Of a stretch of DNA of 64,000 bases, positions 1 to 12,059 are shown piece after piece. The translations under genes were made by a program, and so were the position numbers. The notes under the pieces are model-generated. The model ran no database searches. It saw only the letters and a program-made list of their open reading frames with translations, and was not told the origin of the DNA. The stretch's first letter is position 1, and every line of letters begins with the position of its first letter. This stretch comes from Amphiscolops sp. MND2022 (Eukaryota): NCBI GenBank assembly GCA_964187785.1, contig OZ076409.1:35652001-35716000 (forward strand), written 5' to 3'.

Positions 1-361
1 TGCAGTTGCTAATTGTAGAAAGTGCCATTTCTTCAGGAGCTTTCTTGACTTTGGTCATACAAGTTCAACAAATATTTTTGAAAATAGGAAAAATCTTAGT
101 AACCCGTGAAGTATTTGGAAAAAGTAAAATCTTGAATGTAAAAGTGAACTGTTTTGCTGAGAGAATTAACAGAAAACATGCTTCATTTGAATTGACTATT
201 TAAAACGTTATCACACTTAACTTCGGATACGTGCTGAATTTTTCCGCACTAAGTGTCCGTTATGACGGTATTAAACTATCGGGGAGTAATGGCTTCAGGG
301 TAAAAAATTGAATTTACGTGAACTAAATTAGAGCTTTCGATGATAAAGTGATAAGTTTTGT

Positions 362-1417
362 TCAGAAGGAATTGTTTTCCAGTGTTAAGCCCCAGTATCG
401 CTTGACTACAGATGCTTTCTGTAGCACCCATTTGTAGATAAGAGCTGCTCCAGTTGAGACACGTTGCACCTTCTCAAAGGTACATCTGGCCACGCAATGT
501 TCGGCTTCCATGGCTGTTTCCAAAGAAACTACTCCACAATTGAGAGTGTTATAAAACTTGACCATGTCTGTTTTGGAGGCTTTGCATGTAGAAAATATTA
601 TCAAGCAATCGCCCCAATTCAGAACATTCTTGGACTCAAAACCCAATAAAATGAAACTGGCTTTCACAGTGCAGAACACTTCTCTAGGTGGGTTGCAATA
701 GCTCTTTAATTCAGCTATTGTTTTTGAGTCTATCCGTATTTTGGTTTTCCGCACTCGATCTTCCGCATTCCACGCTGAAAAAGCAAGCTCCAGGTTTTCT
801 AACTCATACTGTAGTTCTTTGTAAAGGTAAGATTTAGACTTGGCGTAGCCAATCACAGATGAAGCCCTCGAGACATTTCTAGAAGTTCGTGTTTCCGAAA
901 TACTCCTTCTGGTCTCCAACATATCCAGTTTTCTTGTTATAAGAATATGCTCAGTCTCCAATTCACTCCTAACTTTGGCCTCGCTGTTTTCTACAATTTC
1001 CTTGGCAAGCATTAACTTGGATTCATCCTCTACAGAAAGCGCGGCATCTACAAATGTTTTGATGAGGCTGCGTTTCGTAGCAACAACGAAATGGGAGACC
1101 TCTTGCAGCAGTTTCTTCATTAGAGACTGACGACTTTCCCGGGCAGATAAAGAATCAAGCACTGAGATCCTATTGGCTAACGGATACTCCTGCTCAACAG
1201 TCCAGTCTGAAGACAGTCTTTGGACCTCCGACAGCAACGAGTGCGATAATTTGTTGTTTTCCAAGAGCAACTTGGAATCATTTTGGTCCCAAAAACTGGA
1301 TTCCACCAACGACATACACGAAGGTCCTCGAGTTACAATTCCTGGGTAGACATTTGTCGATTGTGTTTGGGCACTTATCCAATCATGGATAAGAAGAACC
1401 CGGAGGAAGCCACCCAT
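362..1417 (-). CDS. Single-exon 351-aa protein: helical/coiled-coil N-half plus C-terminal dynein heavy chain stalk microtubule-binding-like domain, no AAA motor
   Basis: Uninterrupted ORF; C-terminal TIAELKSYCNPPREVFCTVKASFILLG...W...FEKVQRVSTGAALIYKWV follows the dynein stalk-tip pattern (ELKS..NPP..V..V..A...LLG...W ... V..VS.A...L..WV). Confidence 0.75.
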   Translation of the reverse strand: MGGFLRVLLIHDWISAQTQSTNVYPGIVTRGPSCMSLVESSFWDQNDSKLLLENNKLSHSLLSEVQRLSSDWTVEQEYPLANRISVLDSLSARESRQSLMKKLLQEVSHFVVATKRSLIKTFVDAALSVEDESKLMLAKEIVENSEAKVRSELETEHILITRKLDMLETRRSISETRTSRNVSRASSVIGYAKSKSYLYKELQYELENLELAFSAWNAEDRVRKTKIRIDSKTIAELKSYCNPPREVFCTVKASFILLGFESKNVLNWGDCLIIFSTCKASKTDMVKFYNTLNCGVVSLETAMEAEHCVARCTFEKVQRVSTGAALIYKWVLQKASVVKRYWGLTLENNSF

Positions 1418-1563
1418 TTTTTTTTGGGTTAATTTGATTTCATTCGATCAAGAAACAGGCAAGCTCACAGATTGGTTTGAAGTTTAGGGATAATTTTTTT
1501 CAGAGCTTACAATTTGAAAAGACCCAACAAAAAATAAATCGTCGCAAATCATTTCATCCATAA

Positions 1564-1908
1564 ACAAGCCTGGAATGGCTCAGGTCTGCCCCCGCTTAAG
1601 GTTCAAAAAGAGCAAAGTGTTTGAAATAATCAAGATTTAATAAAAAAAATAATCATAAAAAGTCACACAGTGCTGAAAGAAACCCTAAAAAGGGACCTTT
1701 CATTCTCGTTTACCTCTAAAATCAGAAAAAAAATGTTCGTGACGGGGTTCAAACCCACGTGCCTTTGCTTTACACCCACTAAGGCAAGTTGTCATGCTTA
1801 AGCCGTACGGGAGCATGTTATAGAAATTTATAGAAATCTGTCAGTTCGCTGGTCTTCAAAAAACCATTACAAAAGTCCACGTTTCCTAACAAAAGCGCCG
1901 ACAAAAAA
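1564..1908. mobile_element. Non-autonomous Helentron/HINE (DINE-1-like) repeat copy
   Basis: Starts acaagcc..., ends aaaagcgccgacaaaaaa; diverged member of the family repeated across the window. Confidence 0.55.
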
Positions 1909-2703
1909 TCAGTTACAGTACTTTCTTGAGATTTCAATTCACCATATTAGGTTACTTTTCATCGAATTTTTTCATTTGGAAACGTAAATAAAATGCGGCT
2001 TATTAAAAATTTGAAATCATTTCTACATTCATCATTAACTCGATTATAAGTTGACTCCTTCCAACTTTTACAAGCTAAGTGAATGGAAACAGTTTATAAT
2101 TGCCGACAAAAGAAATGGGATTTAACGACCAACCAATCTCCGAGATGACACACTTCAGTTTCACATGCGTCAGCATTTTAATTCCTCTACTAAATGTGTG
2201 CCGCGTAATGCCAGGAAGCTTTGTGAAAACACGCGATTGAAAAAAAACTGGCAAAATCAGTGGGAAAAAAGCAGAAGTAAAGCTTTTAACCTATTTTAAA
2301 TTTATGAGTAAGAAGTTTGTAACACCTGTTGGCTTGAGATTATAAAAGCATTAGCAATTGTGCGATAAATTAAGAACATGATCTGATTCATATCTAGAAC
2401 AATGAAAATTTATTTGAAAATAGCGATATGGAATGCATCACACATACAATGCTCGCAAAAATTGTATCATTTTACATAATTCAATTCATCGGTGAATAAA
2501 GCGGCTACAATGATAAATAAACTAACGGTATAAAAATAAATTTGGATTCTGTCTCCCGCTGATTCCTGAAAATCTCGATAACCAAGATTTAATAAAATGC
2601 CAATTCTGAAAGGAACTGTAGATATATGCTATAGAAGGAGCAATAATGTCAATGTCCAAGTTTGCAATTGAGGAATTTTCCACCAGGTTGACGCTGAGCA
2701 ATA

Positions 2704-2733
2704 TCAGGCAAGGTTCTGTGATATGTCAATAAA
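2704..2733 (-). CDS. WDFY2: WDFY1/2-like WD repeat and FYVE protein, exon 11 (terminal, FIDISQNLA*)
   Basis: tttcag acceptor, phase 0, matches the short terminal exon of vertebrate WDFY (LWDMTPVVS-like); TGA at 2704-2706. Confidence 0.75.
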   Translation of the reverse strand, partial: FIDISQNLA

Positions 2734-2936
2734 CTGAAACAAAACATCATCATAGAGAAGTAAGATACTCAGAGGATTCCGGTTGAATGTCCCGTCTTTT
2801 AATGTGACTTCAGATCTCCCTCATACGCCACCTTCTTCACTTCAAAAAGAACAACCGAAACCGAATTTAATTACCAAAACATGGTCTCCGAAATGGAACC
2901 AACCCTTAAAATTCATAGCGTTGAGTCCCGAAAATG

Positions 2937-3018
2937 AATGTTCTGGTATGTCGTAATGAAATGCCATATACAGCATTAATGTTCTGGTATGTCGTAATGA
3001 AATGCCATAAACAGCATT
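2937..3018. repeat. Two tandem copies of a 41-bp unit in the last WDFY intron
   Basis: aatgttctggtatgtcgtaatgaaatgccata(t/a)acagcatt x2. Confidence 0.9.
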
Positions 3019-3512
3019 TTTCGAGGTCCTGGCCTATGCTTCATTTCAAAAGCTGGGAACTGCATGAAACGACGACTAGCTTAATTTTCAAATAACAAAG
3101 TGGATGTCGTGAAAATTTTCGTTTTTAGGTTTAACCTAAAACTTGTGAAATTAGCCTCGGCATGAGTGCTTCGTTGCATTAAATTATCCCCTCTTTGTCC
3201 GTACAACAACTTAATTCAACGTAGAGAGGAACTTTCAAACCAGACACGCAGGAGAAACTGTTTATATTGCGAAAAACAACTTCGCTAGATGAGTGCCTTA
3301 ACAGCATGAACACCCCTATACCAGGGTATTAAAGTTGACGGAACATTTTCAAAGGCGGAAAATGACGTAAGAAAAAACCCTTATATGCAAATTTAGTGGC
3401 TTGATTAGCAGTTAGGAAAAAATGAAACTCACAAAAGTGGTAACAACAAGACTATTAAAGACTGATAAATTAAGGTGACGTTATGTTATCAATTGATGGC
3501 TCCTGAACTGAC

Positions 3513-3752
3513 TTTAATGAAGTTGTCCCGACTGGCGACGACAAGTAGTTTCCTGGAGTCGTCGTACTTCATGAGGTGAACGGGAGACTTGACGTTGTGT
3601 TTCACAGCCAGACTCTTCTTGTCTTCGGAGGTGAGAGTGTCGAAACAGGCACTGCACAGACGTTGAGGAAACTCGAAGCCGGCTTTGGGCATCACTGATG
3701 TCTGTGCACAGCAGTTGGCACACAACGCTTTTCCGCATTTTCGACAATGGTG
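3513..3752 (-). CDS. WDFY2: WDFY1/2-like exon 10 (FYVE core HHCRKCGKALCANC...LCSAC and last WD repeat)
   Basis: FYVE HHCRxCG motif, GFEF..RLC..C as in WDFY; ag/gt boundaries, 240 nt. Confidence 0.95.
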
Positions 3753-4091
3753 CTGTACAAAGAGATGAAAGTGAGGATTTAAGCAGGAAAATAACGCCAA
3801 GTTCAATTTTTACTGCCAAATATGAGAAATGTAAATAACTCAAAATGAATCAATTCAACTTTGAAGAATGGTTATTTTTAGTAGTTTTGGCCTCAATATC
3901 CCAATTTTGAAAAATGGCGGAGTAAACAAGTGTGGATTTCTGATACAAATACAAAATAACAGTGAAATACAAAATCTGACTCATTCCAGCCAGAATAAAA
4001 TTGATTGCAAACCTTAAATACATGGCCTAGACACTTAGGTAATTCAGATCCAAAGATCAGTTAACGCGGTAGAATAGAAAGTGTGCCTAAC

Positions 4092-4193
4092 TTGGCGTTT
4101 GCCGACGACCCTGTCCTGATACATTTGTTTGAAGGACCACACAAAAGGTCGCTGGCATATTTGGCACTTGTCACTTTCTTCCCATGGCTTCAC
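4092..4193 (-). CDS. WDFY2: WDFY1/2-like exon 9 (VKPWEESDKCQICQRPFVWSFKQMYQDRVVGKRQ)
   Basis: WxxD-C..C FYVE start with the WDFY-specific FxWxFKQM insert; ag/gt boundaries. Confidence 0.93.
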
Positions 4194-4978
4194 CTGCACC
4201 AAACAACATTATCAATAAAATACCTTTCCCAAGTAGAGAACTGGTTCTACGTGGGACGTTTTTTTCAAGATCGGGCTTCCAAATGCGCTACTTTTACAAA
4301 CCAACAACGGTCTAAGTCAGCACCCTGCATTAGACAAAACAACACAAAGTCCTTCAAACAAGCTGAAAGTCAGTTTCAAAAAATTGTGAAAGCCACAAGA
4401 AATTGACATTGACACATTGACACACGAAATCGAAAGATGGAACTTTCTGGTTTTTAGAAATTTTGCTTCATTTCAAAATTTCAGCTTTTTTCGAAACCAG
4501 CCACACAGAACGAAAAAGCTCAAAAAAGACGCATTTCGGCCCTGGTTGGTTTCGTATTCATGTGAAAAAAAACAGTTGATGACAAGATCTTTAGAGGGTG
4601 TTTCATATTTACAGCACGATCCAAATGAGCTAACGCAAAAGGTGGACATCGAACAAAAAACTGAAGAAAATAACTCATACTATTTAATAGTCTGAAATTT
4701 TCCTTTTTTTCTAGGAGGACCAGAGCGGGTTTTCGAAAGCGTATTCAAGTAGCTGGTGAGTATTATGAGCAATGAGTTTTCGTTTCACGGTTAAACACTA
4801 ATTGTAACAACGAACGAAGAAACTACAAACATCTTAGCATCTAGAAAAGATGCCAACAAATATCTTAACAATGAAGGTCCTTAAACAGTTGCTTCGTCCG
4901 CACAAGACTTTACTTGAAGTTCTTCCCAACTTGGGATTCAAAAACTGATACACATTGAACAGAGATGTCGAAACTCAC

Positions 4979-5084
4979 TCGTTCTCTTTGAACATCAAGA
5001 CGCCAGAACACAAGATGAGAGTCTTCTGAAGACGAAATTAGTTTGAGATATTTGCCCACCACCATTATTGAATTGACTTTCGCT
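4979..5084 (-). CDS. WDFY2: WDFY1/2-like exon 8 (WD repeat ...LISSSEDSHLVFWRLDVQRER)
   Basis: tttcag / gtgagt boundaries, phase compatible with neighbouring exons. Confidence 0.9.
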
Positions 5085-5245
5085 CTGAAATTCATCATAA
5101 CACTCTTCTTCCGAAATGATAATGTAAGAAGACGCCAAATGAATAGCCAGCGGAAGCTTATGGTTCACGCTTTTTCAAGGAGATCGGGACTTTGAATATA
5201 CAATATTTTTCCAGTTATCGCTGTAATAGTTCGAAAGTGTCTCAC

Positions 5246-5372
5246 TTGTGGAAGCGAAGCTCGTATGAGTCACCTTTCATGCCTCCGATATCCCAGACGA
5301 TGACGGCCTGGTCAAAGCTACAAGAAATGAGCCACTTCTTCTCTGGCTCCCATGATAACTGCCTGATACTTC
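5246..5372 (-). CDS. WDFY2: WDFY1/2-like exon 7 ([41 protein letters not shown])
   Basis: WDIGGxKG..xEL motif typical of WDFY1/2; ag/gtgag boundaries. Confidence 0.93.
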
Positions 5373-5645
5373 CTAAAAACCAGAAGACATCGCTGACACT
5401 TCTACAATTTTTCACAACAGTTAAAAACAGCCATATTGTGCAGACTTGAGAAGTAAAAGAACTTCAGGGCGGCCAGTGGGTTTTATGAATTGTCTCCCGG
5501 AAAAACTAACTGCTCTTCCGTATAACTCTTACTAATCGCAAGTCAGAAAATTGACAAAAAATCCAGAGCTATTTTTCAATCAATCTTGTCACATGCAAAA
5601 GGTACAAAGCCGGTATATAACAAGAAGGAAACCCGTTCAGGACTA

Positions 5646-6868
5646 ACAAGACGAGAACGTCTAAAGTCGGCACTATATCTAAGGCTCAAAAAGCGCAAAA
5701 CATTTTTTGGAAAAAAACTTGAAATTTTCGAAATTTTTTTTTCTTTCGCAAAATGTGACACAGTGCCGAAAAATGTAAAAGGGGGACCCTTTTTGATTTT
5801 TAAACATGCATTCTGTTGCAAAATAACAAAAAACTCAAAGGGGGACCCTTTGGGACATTAAAAATTTTTCGAAAAAAAGTCGCACAGTGCCGGAAAAAAT
5901 CAAAAGGGGGACTCTTTAGTCCCGTCCGGTTTTGTAGGTTACCTTGAAAAAGTAAAAAACGAAAGGGAATCCCTTTGCACTAAATTTGCCTTGGCCGGAC
6001 TTGGCGCCTTAGGTGGTTTCAGGATTGTTTCTAAAAAGTGGACCGATCAGTGTGAGGATTGTAGTCTGAAGAAAAAACAAGACGGGAACGTCTAAAGTCG
6101 GTGCTATATCTACGGCACAAAAAGCGCAAAGTTTTTAAAAACTGAAAAAAATAATCATTTCGAAAAATCTCAATGTCGAAAATTGTAAAAGGGGGAACCC
6201 TTTGGGCTTTTTGAAAATCCAGTTTTTTTGCAAAATTTCAAAAAATTGAAGGGGGACCATTTGGAGACATTAAAAAATTGTCGAAAAAAAAACAAAAATG
6301 ATAATTTTGAACAGTCTCACAGTGACGAAAATGTAGAAGTGGGGCTTTGGGCTTTTTCAACATCCCTTCAGTTGCAAAATATCAACAAAATTGAAAGGGG
6401 ACCCTTTGGAGACAAAAACAATTTCGAAAAAAGTCTCATAGCGCCGAAAAAATTGAAAGGGGGGACAATTTGGTCTCGTCCGGTTTTGTAGGTTACGTTT
6501 AAAAAAGTAAAAAATGAAGGGGGGGTCCTTTGGCGACAAAAAAAGTTTCGAAAAAAAGTCGCACAGTGCCGAAAAAAATCGAAAGGGGGACTCTTTTAGT
6601 CCCGTTCGATTTTGTAGGTTACCTTGAAAAAGTAAAAAAAAAGAAAGGGGGGAACCTTCGGACTAAGTTTGCCTTGGCCTTAGGTGTAGATGGTGTCAGG
6701 ATTGTTTCTAAAAAGTGGACCGATCAGTGTGAGGATTGTGATCGGAAGAAAAAAAAGGTCACTGCTATAGTCGGGCATTTTTCCTTAAAAGGATAAAGCG
6801 CCGACTAAAAACAGTCACTGCTATAGTCGGGCATTTTTCCTTAGAAGCATAAAGCGCCGACTAAAAAA
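5646..6868. mobile_element. Nested HINE-like repeat copies (second copy starts at 6077; duplicated terminus)
   Basis: acaagacg.gaacgtctaaagtcggc..tatatctaaggctc start; tagtcgggcattttt...aaagcgccgactaaaa end, present twice. Confidence 0.7.
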
Positions 6869-7021
6869 CAGTCTTTTGAATATGCGGCATTGAAGAACTG
6901 CATTTTATCAAGGGTTAAAAAAGTGTAATGGTCAACGGGAAAGGTTTGGATGCTTTTTCTATGACAAACCGTAGTTGCTGAAATGGAAACCCAGCAAAAA
7001 CCGTTCAAAAACATTTGGCCG

Positions 7022-7334
7022 TTTTTAGTCGGCGCCTTTTTCCTTAAGGAGAAAAGCCCGACTATTACAGTGGGTAGTGTTTCAGTTCACTCTGAATGGT
7101 CCACTTTTTTATTCATTTGTTCAACCGTTTTCAAAGTTCGGATATAACGTTTCAAAGTTCGGATATAACGTTTCAAAGTTCGGATGTAACGTTTTCAAAG
7201 TTTGGATATAACGTTTTCAAAGTTCAGATATAACGTTTTCAAAGTTCGGGTGTAACGTTTTCTTGACACTTTGAAGTCCTTTTGCTATTTTTGAGCCTTA
7301 GATATGGCGCCGACATGGGCCGTTCCCGGGTTGT
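7022..7334. mobile_element. HINE-like copy in opposite orientation with an internal 21-22 bp tandem array (about 6 x ttcaaagttcggatataacgtt, 7128-7262)
   Basis: tttttagtcggcgcc start; gccttagatatggcgccgac...ttgt end; internal minisatellite. Confidence 0.7.
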
Positions 7335-7583
7335 TGGATCTCTCAATGCCAAAATGTGCAAGCCTGAAAAAAGCATTGAATCTAATTTGCCAGCAGCATA
7401 GACTAGGACGAATTGTAGATGAAAATGAAAACACCGAACTTTGAATGAAAACACCGAAAAATGAAAACATCGTTTTTGGTCTCCTAGTATCGGAAAACTT
7501 TATATCTGAATGCCTTTCATCCAACCATAGGTGACAATGAGCGGCATAGTACGCCGGAAATTCCGCTCAACTAACATACTTCA

Positions 7584-8036
7584 AACAAGCCGGGAATGGG
7601 ATAAGTCGGCGCAATATCTAAGGCTCAAAATTAGCAAAAGGACTTCAAAGTGTCAAGTATTATCATTTACAGTATTACAGTAAAACGCAAAATTTGGACC
7701 GAATTGGCGCGCTAAAAGAGGGGACCATTTCAGAATTTTCAACATCCATTATGTCGCAAAACATCAAAAAAATTGAAGGGGGCCCTCTGAGCAAAAGAAT
7801 TCGTAAAGTCTCACAAAGCCGAAAAAACTAAGGGTGGACCATTAAGTCTCGCCCGGTATTGTATGTTACCCCGAAAAAAGGAACAACTTCTATATTACAG
7901 TTCCTTGTGCCAAATTGTCCAATTTGGTACCTCAAAGTTTCGTAGAACTTTGCAGAACTATTTTGGCCAAATCGTATGGATTGAAAAAAAATCACTATTA
8001 CAGTCGCGTTTCACTTCATGAAGCGCCGACTAAAAA
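7584..8036. mobile_element. HINE-like repeat copy
   Basis: acaagccgggaatgggataagtcggcgc ... agcgccgactaaaaa. Confidence 0.7.
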
Positions 8037-10352
8037 CCAGCAGCCTTTTACCTACAAACCTCACCAAGCAACACTATTGTTATATCACCAAGCAACACTA
8101 CACAATATATATTGTTATATCAAACCTCGCATGTTTTTGGTCGGCGCTTTCATAGAAAGAGACAACTATAGCACTGGTTTTCAAAAAAAATTAAGACCAG
8201 CGAAATGACATATTTTATGAGCTTTATAAGCTGTAACGTATACCGGATATAACGTTCCTTGGAAAAATTTTCAAAGCCGTAAAAAGTGCTAAGGAGTCCT
8301 CTTCGACAATAACACAACCCATACCGGATTTAGCGGAAACCGGATATAACGAATTCCGAATATTACGTATACCGGACACAGCGTTTCTTGTTTTCAAGAC
8401 CGGCGGTTTTTCGGAACTATGCGGCTTTTTTTCTAATTTGTTTTTATCGAAGCTCCCTTCAATTTTTACAAGAAACCAAAATTTTGCGAGCATAGAGGAC
8501 TCCTTAGGGTTTTCGGCACTATGCGACATGTCGGACACATTTTTTGAAAAAAAATCGAATTTTGTTTTCTCAATTTTTGTATTTCGATGTTTTCTCCTGC
8601 ACAAGATGGGGTTTTGCCGTTTTCAGTTGCAGGGACCCTTCGGTGAAATTACTTTTGCTACTGTCTAGCATTGTTGTTAAGTGCGGGCTGTATGCATTTT
8701 CAACTTGCTTTACGATGATGAAATCAAATTCAACAAAAAGTAGACCTTTCGATGTGAGGGGTAACATCATACAGACCTAATGTAATACACGTCTAATTTT
8801 CAAACAGCAGAATATTTGTTTATGCTGTAATCTGATTGGCTGAAATTTGAAATTGATGAAATTGAATTCACTAAGCTAAAAACGCGTGTCTGATTTTGTC
8901 GGAACTATTATTATAACGTAGTCAGCTATGTTCACATACCCCTAGTGCCCTAAATGGAGGAGTGAAGCGAAGCGACGTGCCATATGGCCATGTCTCAATG
9001 TTGCTACTTGGCGAAGGGAGCGAAGCGACCGAGCCATACAACAATTATCCTAACCTCTTCAAACAAATCAAGTTCCACACGTATTGGCTGCAACAGCATT
9101 AAAAGCTAGTAATTTGAATTCCGCTGTTTGCGACCTATTTTGTAAATTCGACTGTATGAATAGTCACCAGAAATTGGATATGTATTACATTATGTCAGTA
9201 GTAGTTGACTCGATGTGAGGTTCAAAAAAATTAGGCACTGTAATAGTTTGCTCATTGTCTTCAAAAAACGCCGACTAAACCACACTCCTTCTAAACATTC
9301 CAAACATTCTCGGAAATATTTTGCTCACAAAACAGATACTCAAATCAGCTTATGTTGGAGCAATCACGTAAATGAAGCAATAACAGTCTTTTTAATAGTA
9401 ATATGAGGAAAAATATGAAGGACTCAATTCAAGCAGCGCTGGAAATTCATGGAGGAAAAGATTCAGGTATCAATATCAGGTTATGAGAGAGTGTATAAAC
9501 ATCAACCATCAATTAGAATAGGCAGGAAAAGTTCCCATAACCCAAACCCAACAAACAATGATTACGAAGGAAATAGTGATGAACAGTGGTCCTTTTAAAT
9601 ATACCGGCAAAAGATTTTTCTTTCCATTTCAATTAACACAAATCAAGTCGGAAAATTTTCCGATTCCCGTCGAAAAACAGCTTTGCTTCAAGGTTTTTAA
9701 AAATGAAAAATCAGAAAAAAGACATTATATGAACGAAAGGAAACCGTCGATTGTACGCTAAAATATTTACTGGGGAAAACTATTACGACAACTACAAATT
9801 GTTTTGGGGTTAGGGAACAGGAAAATATAAGCTTTCAGAAGCGCCCAAAGAGGTTAAACAAGGTCTTTGCATTAACCAAGAAAAATTAAGCAAGAGAAAC
9901 AAGCTAATATAGATTTCAGACAAAGACAACAGTTGGACGCACCTGTGAAAAACAAGCCTCTTCCTGTAGAAACAAAATTTACACAGCGTATTCACTTTTC
10001 CATGGCATTTGCGAAAACCCGAAATGGAGGTTCTTCAAATTACCATAACTTTGGCAAGAAATATTCGATGTGTTGTAGCTGTTTACATTGATTGGTCAGC
10101 ATTTGAAATTCAACACATCTCAAAAGAAGAAAGATATTCTTCATTCGGAGAAAATGAGTGTAATCCATTTGCTGCTGCCTATAAAGTATTCGACAATTTT
10201 GCCATTCTTTATCTTATCATTTGCTAAATTGAGCGTCAAATTTCAAATTGCTTGGAACATGCATCATTCGTAAACAATGAAATCGCTGAGAATATCATGC
10301 TTATCGAGTTTGGAAACAAGCAAAAGTTTATATAGAAAGTATGGAAGCGAAC

Positions 10353-10465
10353 CTTCATGGCCGACTAATTTGTTGATAAATTTGTACTCTGTGTCGCTGA
10401 TTTGAAACATTGAAATGGCACCATTGTATTCACCCACAAACACATGATTTGACAGGGCATCAAAC
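10353..10465 (-). CDS. WDFY2: WDFY1/2-like exon 6 (FDALSNHVFVGEYNGAISMFQI...KLVGHE)
   Basis: Matches WDFY FD....HVF.G...G....; tgcag / gt boundaries. Confidence 0.9.
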
Positions 10466-11042
10466 CTGCAAACAAACAAAATGAAATCAGCCAGAATAGC
10501 CCAGTATTGCGATGAAATAACGGTTTCGAAACTACTTTACAATGCTTAGGCATTTCAGCAGATCTTATTAAGATCCCCATAATGAAATTAGAAAAAAATG
10601 CCATGAAGTAGTGAGGTAGATTCGCTGCTGCAGTTTTACGCTTACCGGGCAGGAAAAAATGTTTGAATTACATGAAACTTTTCTTCATCAATGTTCAATC
10701 TGAGATTATTAGAGACGACAAATTCGTGACTGATCTGAGTGATTCGGTTCCAGAATGTTCATTATTTGACCAAATCGAGTTTTGCGAGATTTTTTCCCAT
10801 ATAGACTTTTTAAGGCCCGTGTATTGTCCCAAATTCTTCAGTCAGACTCCTTGCAATTAGTGCCCCGGCAAATAGGGACAGCAGTTTTTTGAATTAAAAT
10901 TTCCCTTCAACAGAAACAATCAATTCATTCAAAATGGGGTCATCTAAACTCATTAAAAGAAGTTTTACATCGCTCTCTGAAACGTGAATAGAAAAAATGA
11001 TGAGCAGTATCGAAACCCTAATTTGAGTTTTAAAAAACTAAC

Positions 11043-11193
11043 GCTAAGCATAAGACTTGTGAGTCGAGGTTTATGCGTCCAATTCGGACTCCGTTGTGTG
11101 CATGGAAGTATTGGAATGTCTTGTCTCGGCTAGTCGATAGAAGATACTCCTGAGCGGGAGAATAAGCAACGTCCGTTACAGCACCAGTGTGAG
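11043..11193 (-). CDS. WDFY2: WDFY1/2-like exon 5 (HTGAVTDVAYSPAQEYLLSTSRDKTFQYFHAHNGVRIGRINLDSQVLCLA)
   Basis: Absent from the ORF track; translated by hand; WD repeat with LST..DK.F; tatag / gttag boundaries, phases fit. Confidence 0.9.
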
Positions 11194-12059
11194 CTATATA
11201 AAAATGTCCGTGAAACTTTATGACTGCACAAATTTAAAGAAAAAATGCTCTATATTTGTGCATAAATTTGAAGAAAAGAGGCTCAAAACAAGTTTTGGAA
11301 ATGAATAGCTCCAATTATTGCAAAAAACACAACACCACTCTATTAGAGCAACTTGAATTCAGAATGGCGATACGTTCTAGCGTTTCTCCTTTCAATTCCG
11401 CTGTTTCGAGCACGTCCAAAAGACAGTTTTATACGCAAAGAATATTGGTTAATCCGCTACGCAAAATCTCACAAAATTGGATTTTCAGAAGGAAATCTTT
11501 TTATGAGGCAAACTGTTAGAAAACTTGATATTCATTACTTTCCGATTTTGGAAAACCGAAAAAAAAAACAGTTTCAAAGTTCTATAGAGTTTTCTTGAGG
11601 GACTACTTTAAGAGCGGAATATTAAAATCATCCGTTTTCATTGGGTGAAATTTCAACTAACATTTTTTTTCAGCGCCTAAGGTGTTTAAAAGATCCGAAA
11701 ACCCCCATTAGAGACTTTTGTGAACATTTTTACTTAAATTCCCTGCGAAAAATGTAAATTTGATTTGAAAAATCGGAAAAAAAATTCTATAAAAACCGAA
11801 CCAAATGTGGAAACTTAAATTTCTGGAACCTTCTGATTAGAAACAACGTCCGAAGAATTACATCCAAATACAAAATAATGAATTGTAGGCGTTAGTCCTT
11901 TAGACGTTTTCCCCGAAACACCTTCAGACGTTATTCCCTAGACGTTATTCGCCCTATGACGAGCGGGAATAACATGAAGAATAACATCTAAATGCAAAAT
12001 AACTTTCAGACGTTATTCCCGAAACACATTTAGACGCTCTACCTGATGTTTGTCACTGA

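Noticed and set aside
5576..6796. Numerous 60-100 aa K/F-rich ORFs here and at 34100-35300 and 43300-45700
   Set aside because: Chance frames in A/T-run-rich repeat copies, not conserved between copies
7128..7262. Short direct-repeat array suggestive of CRISPR
   Set aside because: Units are head-to-tail with no unique spacers, no cas genes, eukaryotic context; a minisatellite inside a repeat
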